DNA of 64,000 nucleotides from assembly GCF_009914755.1 (NCBI RefSeq), contig NC_060935.1; one strand, given 5' to 3'. The notes beneath the pieces were generated by a model that was given only the letters and a program-made list of their open reading frames with translations, was not told where the DNA came from and ran no database searches. Below are positions 16,969 to 30,403 of this stretch, one piece after another (the stretch's first letter is position 1; each line of letters begins with the position of its first letter). A program made the translations under genes and the position numbers. The stretch comes from the human T2T-CHM13v2.0 reference genome, Homo sapiens.

Positions 16969-17013
16969 CATACAGTGTACGACAGCATTTGGTGTAATAT
17001 GAAGAGTAATTAA
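16969..17013 (+). CDS. SCGB2A1: SCGB2A1 coding exon 3 (HTVYDSIWCNMKSN*)
   Basis: TTTTCCAG acceptor, third conserved Cys, TAA at 17011-17013, AATAAA at 17161. Confidence 0.98.
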   Translation, partial: HTVYDSIWCNMKSN

Positions 17014-17160
17014 CTTTACCCAAGGCGTTTGGCTCAGAGGGCTACAGACTATGGCCAGAACTCATCTGTTGATTGCTAGAAACCACTTTTCTTTCTTGTG
17101 TTGTCTTTTTATGTGGAAACTGCTAGACAACTGTTGAAACCTCAAATTCATTTCCATTTC

Positions 17161-17166
17161 AATAAA
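17161..17166 (+). terminator. SCGB2A1 polyadenylation signal AATAAA
   Basis: Canonical hexamer about 150 nt after the stop codon, followed by a T-rich tract. Confidence 0.9.
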
Positions 17167-19190
17167 CTAACTGCAAATCACTAAAATTCTTTCTTGTTCT
17201 TCTATAAAAAAAGAAGCTTTCCAGGCTGCACAGTCAGGCTGTAGGTTGCAGACAGAGACAAGCCTCGAAGGAGTTGAGTGAGGGTCCGAGGTTTCTGGGA
17301 AATACTTTATTTCTCATCATCTCGAGCCCAAGAGTTGGACTTCTCTCTCTCTGCAGAACAAAGTATTAGCTCTTGTTGCTTAGCTAATTTTTCTCTGAAG
17401 AGTGTTTCACTCTCCAGATCCCACTACCTCCCTAAGCCACTTTCTCTGGGGACCTCACACTCTTGGAGTCATGCTCAGAAGCCCTGATTTTACCCCAGTC
17501 CCATCCATGCTGAGCCCTGCTGGTTATGCCAGGCTCCTCTGGGTTGTCTTTGGGCCTCCCCAACGTGTGCAGGGCCCAGACCAGAGCCAGCCAGGGAGGG
17601 GAGGCCTGCAAAGCAAGGTGGATCCTGTCTGGATTTTAAATTTTGAGTTTTATTTGTCGTTCATGGATGTTGGCATTAATTTTGAACTTTTAAAATATTG
17701 CATGAAAATATTACTTACCCTGATGACTGAGTTTGCTAGCATAGCGACACCTTAAATTGTGCAACTTTTCTCAGTCCAGTCTCTGCCAGTGGGTCCATCC
17801 TCCCCTGCCCCACAGTGAGCTGCAAAGGCAATGAGGGTTGAGGGGAGTGAGTGTGCTATGCAGGGACCCAGCACAGAAGGGGATGTTTAAATGGAACCGG
17901 GGTCTCCATCGTGTCCTGTCCCCAGCACTCCTGTCACCAGGGTTAGGTTATTGCCTGTCCCTTTTCCTTCTGGGGCTATCCCCTCACCCAGGAAGACCCT
18001 GTCTATGTGTCTGGACAACTCAGCTTCACCAGGGCCGACTCTTTCATCAGGCAAGGCAAGGGCAGGGATCCAGGCCCACAATATACATAGGGGTGTATGA
18101 AAATGTTATAATTTAAAGAATAATTTCCTGAAGTGATTGTAATATTAATGAACATATACCAATGAATCTAGCCTGAATTCTATACTTCGTCTTACCAATA
18201 CAGTTGTAAAGTATGTTTAAAATGTTCTTATGAAGAAGTGGCCTATGAAGGCAATGTAATACCTGTGACCTACAAAAGCCATGCAACAGATGATAAAATA
18301 TTGCTGTTTTATTTGGACTCAGAGACCTATCCTCAAACCCTCAATCTTCTGGCCAAAGTTTAGGTCAAATAAGGATGTGATGTGTCAACTTGTAATTCAA
18401 TATGTAAATGACAAAAATCTAGTTTCTCAAGAAGAGCTGGACTATATTCTTTTTTAGAGACAGAGACCTATTCTCCTTTTTCCCTGAAAGACAATTAGGA
18501 AAAAACTCAATCAAAAACCCCAAAATAAAGAGTCAGAAAAGCCAGTTCTCATGCCTAAAGACTCCAGCACATGGGATCCCCTAGACCATCTTCCCCTGCT
18601 GAATGCTCTTAACCCTTCCCCTCAGACAGCCCTTCTGTCCCAGATCCTGCCCCAGATCCCTCCCTTGCTCACATTATTCCTCCTCCTTACAATCCAGATT
18701 CCTGGGAATCATCATCCCATGAGCCTATTTCTTCTCAGCCCATGTAGCCTATTTCTTCTCAGCCCATGTATCCTTCCCTAAAAAGACTCCAGCATTAGAA
18801 AAAACAATATAAAAAGGATATTCAAAATTTCCCATTTCCCTCCACACCTAAGGAGTCAGCCCCAACTCTCTTCCCCTTAAAAGAGGTGCCACAAGGAGAT
18901 GGAACTACTGACTTTGTAAATACTCCCTTAACCAGTTTGGAGGTCTAAAGTTTGAAGAAGAAACTTAAGCCATTGTTATATGACACTTACAGAGTGACAG
19001 ATCAGGTTGATCAGTTTTTGAGACCTCGGTTACACACTTGGGTCGAGTTAATGTCCATCCTAGACATCCTCTTTTCAGGGAAGGAAAAAAACATGATCCC
19101 TAGGGCTGCTATGGCAATTTAAAAATGTAAATATCCTCCCGGTCAAACATTCCTAATGCAGATCGAAAGTTTTCCACCCAAGACCCCCGG

Positions 19191-20182
19191 GGTAGGGAAA
19201 AGAAAGAGATCAGACTGTTACTGTGTCTATGCAGAAAGGGAAGACATAAGAAACTCCATTTTGACCTGTACCCTGAACAATTGCTTTGCCCTGAGATGCT
19301 GTTAATCTGTAATTTTCCCCAACCTTGAGCTCACAAAAACATGTGTTGTATGGAATCAAGGTTTAAGGGATCTAGGGCTGTGCAGGATGTGCCTTGTTAA
19401 CAAAATGTTTACAGGCAGTATGGTTGGTAGAAGTCATCACCATTCTCCAGTCTTGATAAACCAGGGGCACAATGCACTGTGGAAAGCCACAGGGACCTCT
19501 GTCCTGGAAAGCCAGGTATATCCAAGGTTTCTCCCCATGTGATAGTCTGAAATATGGCCTCGTGGGATGGCAAAGACCTGACTGTCCCCCAGCCCGACAC
19601 CCGGGAAGGGTCTGTTCTGAGGAGGATTAATAAAAGAGGAAAGCCTTTGCAGTTGAGATAGAGAAAGGCCACTGTCTCCTGCCCCTGGAACTGAATGTCT
19701 CAGTATAAAACCCGATTGTACATTTGTTCAATTCTGAGATAGGAGAAAAAGGGAAAAACTGCCCTGTGGCGGGAGGTGAGACATGTTGGCAGCAATGCTG
19801 CTTTATTATTCTTTACTCCACTGAGATGTTCGGGTGGAGAGAAACATAAATCTGGCCTACGTGCACATCCAGGCATAGTACCTTCCCTTGAACTTACTTG
19901 TAACACAGATTCCTTGCTCATATGTTTTCTTGCTGACCTTCTCCCCACTATCACCCTGCTCTCCTACCACATTCCTCTTGCTGAGATAGTGAAAATGGTA
20001 ATCAATAAATAATGAGGGAACTCAGAGAACGGTGCTGGTGCAGGTCCTCCGTATGCTGAGTGCCGGTCCCCTGGGCCCACTGTTCTTTCTCTATACTTTG
20101 TCTCCGTGTCTTATTTCTTTTCTCAGTCTCTCATCCCACCTACGAGAAATACCCACAGGTGTGGAGGGGTTGGCCCCCTTCA
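19191..20182 (+). mobile_element. HERV-K(HML-2) solo LTR (LTR5B/LTR5A-like) inserted in HERV-I gag
   Basis: About 990 bp, (T>G)GTAGGGAAAAGAAAGAGATCAGACTG...CCCACAGGTGTGGAGGGG..CCCCTTCA. TATAAAA 19704, AATAAA 20004. 6-bp TSD CCCCGG/GCCCGG. Confidence 0.92.
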
Positions 20183-23100
20183 GCCCGGTAAGACAATAAT
20201 AGCACAGCTCACAGGGAAAATATACAAGACCTAAGAAAAATGATAGTAAAGAAAATTAGAGAATCAGTACCCCAAACCCAAAACCTCTCTAAAACACTTG
20301 ATATACAACAAGAAAAAGATGAAGGGCCTGTGAAATTTCTAGACAGACTAAAGGATCAAATGAGACAATATACAGGCCTAAATTTAAAAGATCCCCTCGG
20401 ACAGGGAATGTTAAAACTCCACTTTGTCACTAAAAGTTGCCCAGATATTTCAGAAAGTTACAAAAATTAGAAAATTGGGAGAACCGACCTCTAAATGAAC
20501 TTCTCAGAAAAGCTCAAAAAGTGTATGTGAGAAGAGACAAAGAAAAACAAAAACAAAAGACAAAACGTATGGCATCCACTTTCCAACAGGTGGCTCCAAA
20601 CCCACATACTTCTAAAGAAAGCTTCCACGGGGCCAAAAACTATAAAAGGTTCAGATCCCCAATTAAAGGACACAAGCCTCCACCTAGAGGACTCAGGCCC
20701 TCTTCTACCAGAACCTCAAAAAATATGGGGGGACAAAGTGACAAAATCCCAAAACTGAGAGAAAAAAAAGACAGGATAGGTGCTACAAACGTGAAAGGAC
20801 AGGCCACTTCAAGAGAGAATGTCCCAAACTAAAAAAAGAGGAAAAAACCCTTCCACTCATGACTTTTGAGGAAGAATAAGGGGGGTCAGGGACTCTGTTT
20901 CTTTTACCTCAAGTCCCACCAAGAGCCCTTGATAAATTTAGAGGTGAGACCCAAACATGAGCTTATCACCTTTTCAGTCAATTCAGGGACGACTCGCTCC
21001 TCTGTTTGTTTCCCTCCATCCAACATTGCCTGCTCTTCGGAAGAACTTTTAGTCTCTGGGGTAAAAAGAAAAGGATTTAAAACAAAAATCTTAGAAAGTA
21101 CAAAAGTTAAATACCAAGATTCATTGACTAACATCCAATATTTTTTAATCCCTGAAACAAAAACTAATCTACTAAAAAGAGACTTAATGCTAAAATTAGG
21201 TATAGGTCTACAAGTTAGCCTTAAAAGAGTCCTTACTTCATTAAACCTACTCACCACTGCAGATGAAAAATATATTAACCCCTATGTCTGGTCAAGGAAA
21301 GAAAACTGAGAGAAACTCAAAATCCCTCCAATCCACATCAAACTAAAGACCCCCAGGAAAGTAGTAAAAAAAAAATACCCCATTACCCTAGAGGATAGAA
21401 TAGGGTTAAAGCCCATAATTGAAAGTCTTATCAAGGTTGGGCTTCTTGAACCCTGTATGTCCCCTTATAACACTCCAATATTGCCAAGAAATCAGACGGG
21501 TCATACCGACTGGTACAAGATCTTAGGGCCATCAATCAAATATTCCAGACTACCCATCCTGTTGTCCCCAACCCATACACCATTCTCAACAAAATTCCAT
21601 ATAGTCATCAGTGGTTTACAATAATAGATTTAAAAGATGCCTTCTGGACATGCCCCTTGGCTGAAGACAGTCGAGACATATTTACTTTCGAGTGAGAGGA
21701 TCCCCATTCAGAACAAAAACAACAGTATCAGTGGGCAGTTTTGTCTCAAGGGTTTACAGATTCCCCAAACATTTTCGGTCAAATTTTAGAACAAGTGTTG
21801 AAAAAAGTGGTTGTCCCAAAGCAAATATGCCTACTCCAGTATGTGGATAATATTCTTCATATCTGGTGAGAATATAGAGAAAATCTCTGGCTTCTTTACA
21901 CATATTCTTGACCATCTGGAGTTCAAGGGGTTATGGGTTTCAAAGGGAAAGCTTCAGTATGTAGAGGCCAAAGTTAAATATTTAGGCCACTTAATAAGTA
22001 CAGGTAAACAACGGATAGGGCCTGAACGAGTTAAAGGCATCATGTCCTTATCCTCACCTCAAACTAAACAGGAACTCAGCAATTTTTTAGGGTTAGTTGG
22101 ATATTGCGGCCTATGGATTGACTCACTAAACAGTAAACTTCTATAACAAAAAATTGTCCAGAAAAAAACCTGATCATCTCCTGTGGACGTCTGAGAAAGT
22201 CGATCAGGTTAAAGAGCTAAAAGAAAGGCTCATAACCGCCCCTGCTCTAGCCTTACCTTCCCTAGAAAAACCATTCCATCTTTTTGTTAATGTAAATAAT
22301 GAAGTAACTTTGGGAGTGCTTACCTAAAAACACAGTGGCTGCCAGCAGCCTGTAGCCTTCCTATCAAAAGTTTTAGACCCAGTTACCTGTAGATGGCCTC
22401 AATACATTCAATCTGTTACAACTACAACAATATTAGTTAAAGAAAGTAGAAAATTAACTTTTAGAAAAAAATTGACTGTAAACACACCCCACCAAGTTAA
22501 AACAATTTTAAATCAAAAAGCAGGAAGGTGACTCGCTGACTCCAGAATCTTAAAATATGAGGCCATTTTACTAAAAAAAGATGATTTAACCTTGACTACT
22601 GATAAGTCACTCAATCCGGCAGGTTTCTTGACAAAATACCCAAATCTAAAAAGAGATCACTTATGTCTAGATTTAATTGACTACCAAACAAAGGTCAGGC
22701 CAGATCTAGAAAAAACTCCTTTCACAACAGGACAACACTTATTTTTAAATGGTTCCTCCCAAGTAATTATAGGAGAAAGACATAATAGATATTCAGTAAT
22801 TGATGGAAAATCTCTTGAAGAACTAGAGTCAGAGAAGTTGCCCAACAGTTGGTCTACTCAAGCTTGTGAATTATTTACACTCAGCCAGACTTTAAAATGC
22901 TTATGAAACAAGGAAGGGACTATTTATACTGATTCTAAGTACACCTGGAGTAGCACATACATTTACAAAAATTTGAGCTGAGCAAGTTCCTATTAATAGT
23001 AAAGGCCAAAATCTTGCCCACAAAGTGCTAATCGTCCATGTTTTAAACAATCTCCAGTTGCCAAAAGAAATAGTCATTGTACATGTCCCTGGACACCAGA

Positions 23101-26048
23101 AAGACTTTTCCTTTACAAGTCAGGAAAATAACCTTACAGATAAAGTAGCCAAACAGACTGCTGTTTCACCTAAAACACCTGTCTTTCACTTAACTCCTTG
23201 TCTTTCTCCACCTGTTACAACCCCTATCTTCTCTGCTGCAGGAGAGAAAAAATTAATAAAAATAGGAGCCAAAGAAAATTCAAAAAGAAAATGGGTGTTA
23301 CAACATCAAAGAGAAATACTATCCAAACCCCTCATGAAAAATATCTTGTCTCATCTACAACAAGAGACTCGTTGGAGACCCCAAGCGATGTGTAATACAG
23401 TTCTCAGGTTTTATAAGTGTATAAGAATTTATACCCTAGCCAAACAGGTTGTGGACAGTTGCTCAATATGTAAAAAAACCTCAACAAACAAGTTATAAAA
23501 AAAAAAATCACCCCTGGTGGGGAGAGATCCAGGACTAAGACCATTCCAAGGTGTTGAAATTGACTACACTGGAATGCCCCCAGTTGGTCGCCTAAAGTAC
23601 TTATTAGTAATAGTAGATCATCTCATTCACTGGGTCAAAGCTATTTCCTTTTCAAATGCAATGGCCAATAATGTAGTTAAAACATTATTTAAAAATATAG
23701 TGCCCAGGTTCAGACTAATAAAAAACATTGACAGACAATAAAACCGATTTCACAGCACATATCATTAAAAAGCTATCCCAAGCCCTAGACATTAAATGAA
23801 AATATCATACTCCTTGACGCCCACCTTCATCAGAGAGAGTAAAAAGGATAAATCAGACCTTAAAAAACCACTTAACCAAATTGGTTCTAGAGACTCGGTG
23901 GCCATGGACAAAATATCTTCCTATTGCCTTGTTTAAAAATCTGAACTGCTCCTCGAAAAGATATAGGCTTTCATCCTTACGAAATGCTTTACGGATTGCC
24001 TTATTTAAACTGCACTACTGACATTCCTACATTTAAAACAAAAGACCAATTCTTCAAGAATTATATACTTGGTCTCTTCTCAACTTTCTCTTTTCTTAAA
24101 ACCAAAAGTCTCCTAACACAGACGCCACCCCTGGAGTTCCCAGTACATCAACATCAGGTTGGGGATCACGTCCTCATCAGAAACTTAAGAAAAGAAAAAC
24201 TTCAGCTGGCCTGGGAAGGACCTTACCTGGTGCTTCTAATCACTGAAACCACAGTCCTGACAACAGAAAAAAGATAGACCCATCTCACCCAAGTCAAGAA
24301 AACACCACCACCTCCAGAGTCATGGGCCATTATCCCAGGAGAAAACTCCCTCAAACTAAAGCAAAGAAAAGTTTAACTCTCTTCCATTTATTCTATTAAT
24401 CTTTCTTCTTTTCCCATTCTGTTACTGACCACCTTATTACCAATGTAACTAAATCAAATTCACCCCAAGTTATTACTTTTGATACTTGTTTAGTCATACC
24501 CTGTAGAGATCTCCAAAGTCAAAGACAACTCTCAGCCTCAGAAAAGTATCTCTGCCCCTTTAAAATAAGAGGATCCCCCTACCAAGACTCTTGCCCCTTA
24601 ACAAATATAGAAAAACAGATCTGCCATAGCTGAAATGATGTCCTGTGGACAACCAAATATCAAGAATAGGTCTCATTGACATCACCTCTACCAACCCTAG
24701 ATCTACTTTGAGTCACTTCTATGACATAAAAGCCAACTTAGCTGGCACAGACTTCATAGGGTCTTTGAAAATGCATTTTATTAATCCCTCATCCTCTTCA
24801 CCCCATTGCCTCTCTTCTCCTTCTAAGGCTTCTTCTAATCAGACTGCCATCTCTTCTATACCCAATAATACTAAAGTATTATACATTATATTACTATATA
24901 TGTAATATATAATAATAAACAATTATAAATAATATATAATAATAAACAATGATAATACTAAAGTATTATATATTATATTATATTACAATATAAAATATTG
25001 TAAAAGTAAATGATCTAAGATGAACTTTAACAATTAAAATAGAATATCAAGCTATAAATGCCTGGTTGAAATGGATCAAATATTCTGTCCACACGTTAAA
25101 CAAAAACAATTGTTATGCTTGTGCACACGGCCGGCCAGAGGCCCAGATTGTCCCCTTTCCACTCGGATGGTCTCCCAGTCAACCAGACATGGGTTACATG
25201 GTAGGTCTCTTCTAGAATTCTATGACTTGAGACAATAAATCATGCCAAGCTCTCTGCGATATCCCAAAGTCCAACACCCTGTGGGTCAGCCCTCAAGGGC
25301 CATCCAACTTCCATCTCCCAATGTCAATTTCACCTCGTGTCTCTCATGACAAAGGGAAAACTTGGCGTTCCTTAAAAGCTTAATGGGACACAGTGAGCTT
25401 AAGCCCTTCCAGGAGCTTCCCCATCAGTCTGCCCTCAGCCATCCTCGAGTGGATGTATGGTGGTATTCTGACGGACCCTTACTAGACACTCTGCCAGGTA
25501 ACTAGAGCGACTCTTGCGCTCTTGTCCAATTGGCTATCCCTTTTTCACCCTAACATTTCATCAGCCAGAGAAAGAAAAATCACAACGCCATAAAATAAGA
25601 GAAGCATCTTATGGATCTTTTGACTCTGAAGTTTATTTAGATGCAACTGGAGTCCCACAGGGAGTACCTGATAAATTCAAATCCCGAGACCAAATAACTA
25701 CAGGATTTAAATCATTATTACCACAGGTAACTATTAATAAAAATGTAGATTAGATAAGTTACATCTATTATAACCAACAGCAATTTATTAATTACATTAG
25801 AGATACTGTCAAAAAAAATAGCCAAACGATTAGGGCCTACTAGCAAAATGACTTGAGAAAACAAAATGGCCCTAGACATGATGTTAGCTGAAAAAGGTGG
25901 AGTTTGTGTTATGATTAAAACTCAATGTTATATCTTCATCCCAAACAATACTGGCCCTGGTGAAAACATAACAAAGGCCTTACAAGGACTTACCGCTTTA
26001 TCCAATAAACTAGCTAAAAATTCTAGAGTCAGTAACCCTTTCTCAGAA

Positions 26049-26669
26049 TGTGAAAAGTAAAAAGTTCCTCTTCAAAGTTTCCCTTTTTGTTAATAGTAAA
26101 TAATAAGTGTTAGAAATAACAGTTTCTTTTAAAAGCTAACTTTCTTCAAGCTTCCTTGCTTTTTGCTAATAACTCTTTGTTAAGCCCTATGTAGCTGTTA
26201 AATATAGTAAGGGAATAAGTACACTTTATGTCCTTGTACTTTAACTAAGTTATTTTTTCTGGCATGTATCCTGCTTAGACATGTCCCAACATGCTCAGGC
26301 ATTTCCTGGCTTACAGCCTACATCCCTTCCTTATTTGGAAATGTTATTATTCTCCTAGTTTCCCATAAACAACCTCCTTCCTTTCTTTGTTCTCCATCTC
26401 ACATTTACCTATTTAGGAAAGTTGTAAGTTTTTAGCCAATCAGAATCAGTCTACATTGTGCAGTCCAGCTCCAGCCAATGGAGATAGGACACAGCAGTAA
26501 GGAACCAATGTGTCAGGGATAAAAACCTCTGCTTTTCTTTGTTCAGGGTGCTCTCATGACAATCAGGCTTCCAAGAAGCACCCTTTCTGCAGAAATTAAA
26601 ATTGCCTTGCTGGGAAAATTCATATTCAAGTGCTATTTCCTTTGTGACACTGAAAACTGATTTCTAACA
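26049..26669 (+). mobile_element. Solo LTR (LTR10C-like) inserted in HERV-I env TM
   Basis: TG...CA termini and 4-bp TSD AGAA (26045-26048 and 26670-26673). Removing it restores the env reading PFSE*LERWFGK*KG. Confidence 0.88.
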
Positions 26670-26960
26670 AGAATGACTAGAAAGATGGTTTGGTAAATAA
26701 AAAGGAATCATGGCCTCAATTCTCACTTCTCTTTACAGTCGTAATAAGTGTACTCATTCTTGTTGGGTGTTGTGTCATACCATACATCTGTGAACTAGTA
26801 CAAAGACTTATAAAAATAACACTTACTAAAACCTCCCTTAGTTCTCCTCCACCTTATTCAGATAAGCTTTTCCTTTTAAAACATCAAGTTAAACAACAAA
26901 GCCAAGATGTGCTAAAACGGTTTAAAGAGGAAGGACTGTAAAAAATTAAAAGGGGGGAAT

Positions 26961-27455
26961 TGTAAGATACAATAAAATTCCTCCTCAAAGTTTCAGCCTG
27001 TTGACTTCCTTGTTCTTTATTCTCGAACCTAACTTTCTCGTTCTCCATGCCTCCTTGCCCCTAGTTACTGTAAACAACCTTCCCATCAGTGCTAACCAAT
27101 ACATCACATCTGTTTCCTTGGTTACTCACTCTACACCCATTCCTCCTGCCAAAACCACACATCCCACCACTTTAACTCACCTTCCCCTTCCCCCTTCCTT
27201 ATTTGAGAAAAATATTCACAAGTAGCCAATCAGGTCAGCTTAAATTGTATGGTTGGACCCTAGCCCATGGGAGAGTGACACAGAGGTAGGGACCACATGT
27301 TAAAAATAAAAGCCTCTTCCCTCCTTTGTTCAGTGGGCTCTTGGGATTGTAATTGACACAGACAGCACCCTTCTACAGAAGTAAATTGCCTTGCTGAAAA
27401 AACTTTTTCCTGAGTACTAGTTTCACTTTGTGACACTGAACATTTACTTCCAGCA
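26961..27455 (+). mobile_element. 3' LTR of the HERV-I provirus (LTR10A-like)
   Basis: TG...CA termini directly after the PPT AAAAGGGGGGAAT; CCAAT box; 3' part similar to the LTR at 26049-26669. Confidence 0.82.
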
Positions 27456-28958
27456 GTACTGTCTGGCCCCAGTGCTTCTTGGAGTCTTGGGACATTTAGC
27501 CTTTAAAAATCAAACTGCCATGGAGACTGCATTACCTGAAATTTTGGTTCACAGCCTTCCTTGGATTATCTATTGGGGCAAAGTAAAACAGGCAAGCTTG
27601 TATTGCTATCTCATGGCTAAGGTTCCAAGCTACTGAATCTTCATTTATGTGTGTGTATACATGTCCAGATGTGTTTATTTGTATGTACACTTATTGTTAC
27701 ATGTTGTGTCTACCAATTGGCTTATAAGGGCATCATAAATTAAGTAAATAAGTCTAAGTAATTTTCAAGCTCACATGACCTAAGTATGACTTTACTAAAC
27801 AAGCTAGCTTTAAAATTATTGGTGGAATAAAAATAGAAATGCCTTCAGGGTTGTCAGCATACATTCTGTCTAAATTTTATGTTTGTCTTGGCTAGATATT
27901 TTAAAATGTCAATGTTAATTCAAGCTAGGAGCTGCTTGGGGAGAGCCTGCCTCCTATTCTATTCAAAGTCTCACTGAGATAAATGCATATCTGATTGCTT
28001 CCTTTGGAAAGTCTAATCAGAAACTCAAAAGAATGCAACCATTTGTCTCACACCTGTGATCTGAAAGGCCCCAATCTCCTTCTCTGCCTCAAGTTGTCCT
28101 GCCTTTCTGGACCAAACCAATGTATTTTACCTATGTTGATTGATATCTCCTGTCTCTCTTGTTAAAAGTAAAATTTAAGTACAATGATTGGGATAAATTT
28201 TTTAGGTAAACTTTTTGTGTAAATTAAAATCTTAAAGTTATTTTTGATGCTCATTTAATATCTGGGTCTTTCCAATTAGGAAAGCGTTGTGATAGGGAAA
28301 ATATGTTTCTAAAGTTGTGGAATTATTCTTATCTATAAATGCCCATATCTGATAGTTCAGGATTTCTTGCTTTTTAGGGTTTCACTAAAGTTTTAGGTTA
28401 CTAAGGATAAACATTTTAGTTAACATGTAATTGTGTATACAAAATGTGCCCAGAAAGGGTTATGTTATTAGTGGAAAAAAGAGTAATTTTGTGCAATTCA
28501 GAAATTATCTAAAAGTTAGTTCAAATTACAGACTGAAAAGGTTATTTATGAAACAATGTAGTGAGAAATCATTAAGTAGAGGAGAAAGATGTGAAAAAAG
28601 TTTAAATAATAAAACATTCTTCAAATCCTGATAGGGAATTGGAGACATTTTGCTAATTAACATTTTCATAAGTAAAGCTCTTAGTCTTAATTAAAGTTAA
28701 ATAAAAAGTATTGCAAAAATGCATCAGCAGTTTGGCAATTCTCTTTTTGATATAGTTAAACATGAAGCTGGACTTAGTGTGGAGCCAAATTTCACATACA
28801 TGCTTGCATTGCTTCACACTATGTCTACTGTTTTGCATGGATAGTGTTGGAGTACTTATTGGCCATGTGCTAAAAGTGGATTTCTTGATTGCTCAGAATG
28901 TATGATAATATTGGTGAACTTAAGATATTGAATTGTATATCAGAAATAAAATATTCAA

Positions 28959-29332
<374 letters not shown>

Positions 29333-30058
29333 CTAGAGTAAATTAAGTAGGAAAATTTAGGGTTGGTTTCCTGTTTATTTGTTTTGGCTTCTATTTTCAT
29401 TCATTTGCTTTTTATTCTTCTCTGGTTTTGCTTGTGTCTGCATGTATATAAAACCGTGATGCTTTTTAGTTTCCAGTGGAAGGCTTTTATTTGGTTCTGT
29501 CAATAGTTATTTTGTTTCCTATGCATTTCTAGCAAGGCATCATTCATTCCATTTATCTGGAATTCCTAAGCAACCTTTTTTGGGGTGCAGGAATTACTGG
29601 AGCACACCAGCTTTTCATCCTTAAACTAACTTTTTGGATTTTAGGCTTCCTGATACTTTAAGTGTGTTGACTATACACTTACAAATAGAATTTAAGTCAT
29701 ATTTCTCTCTCTGCCTAGTTTCTCCAAAATTTGTAAACTGTCTATGAATATTTTTAATTCATGGCAATGTGTTTGTTTGCATACAGTCAAGCAGGGCTGC
29801 CAGGGCCGCTCAGGGAGAGAGAACCCAGAAACCTGGCATGCCAGCCAAAGGGTAAGAATTTCTTACCAGGCAGTCTCTGGCCTCTTTCTCTCTGTGCAAA
29901 CTGGTTAATCTCCTCTGTGAAGTTTTAAATTAGTTGGTTTAATAATAATAAAACCTTAAATTAAATATTTTGTCAGAAAAGTAGAAGGTGTAATGCCTTT
30001 TAGTTCATGTGACTTTAGCAATCTTTGAGAAATAAAGATGTTTTTCAAGATTATGGGT

Positions 30059-30403
<345 letters not shown>

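Larger units (their letters stand above)
18285..27455 (+). mobile_element. Defective HERV-I-group (LTR10-associated, class I) provirus lacking 5' LTR and PBS; gag-pro-pol-env remnants plus 3' LTR
   Basis: gag (IWTQRP...FWPKF; degenerate zinc knuckle 20781-20822; stop 20877-20879 followed by an MLV-like GGGGGGTCAGGG readthrough context), protease (NSG, KRD), RT (DLKDAFW, LSQGFTDSP, YVDN), RNase H (HVPGHQK), integrase (GPY motif WEGPYLVL), env (NCYAC, ALDMMLAEKGGVC, TM anchor), PPT 26948-26960. Many stops and frameshifts. Confidence 0.88.

Noticed and set aside
16969-16975. Second AG 7 nt into SCGB2A1 exon 3 (CAG|CATACAG|)
   Set aside because: The first AG after the pyrimidine tract gives the known protein; no evidence the second is used.
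18722-18769. Perfect 24-bp tandem duplication in HERV-I gag (also 15 bp x2 at 42535-42564 and about 36 bp x2 in the HML-6 leader near 55566-55631)
   Set aside because: Two-copy slippage events without spacers; not CRISPR-like, and no function is evident.
20240-26941. Retroviral gag, pol and env ORF fragments as a possible domesticated gene
   Set aside because: Many stops and frameshifts, mutated catalytic residues, and env interrupted by an LTR.
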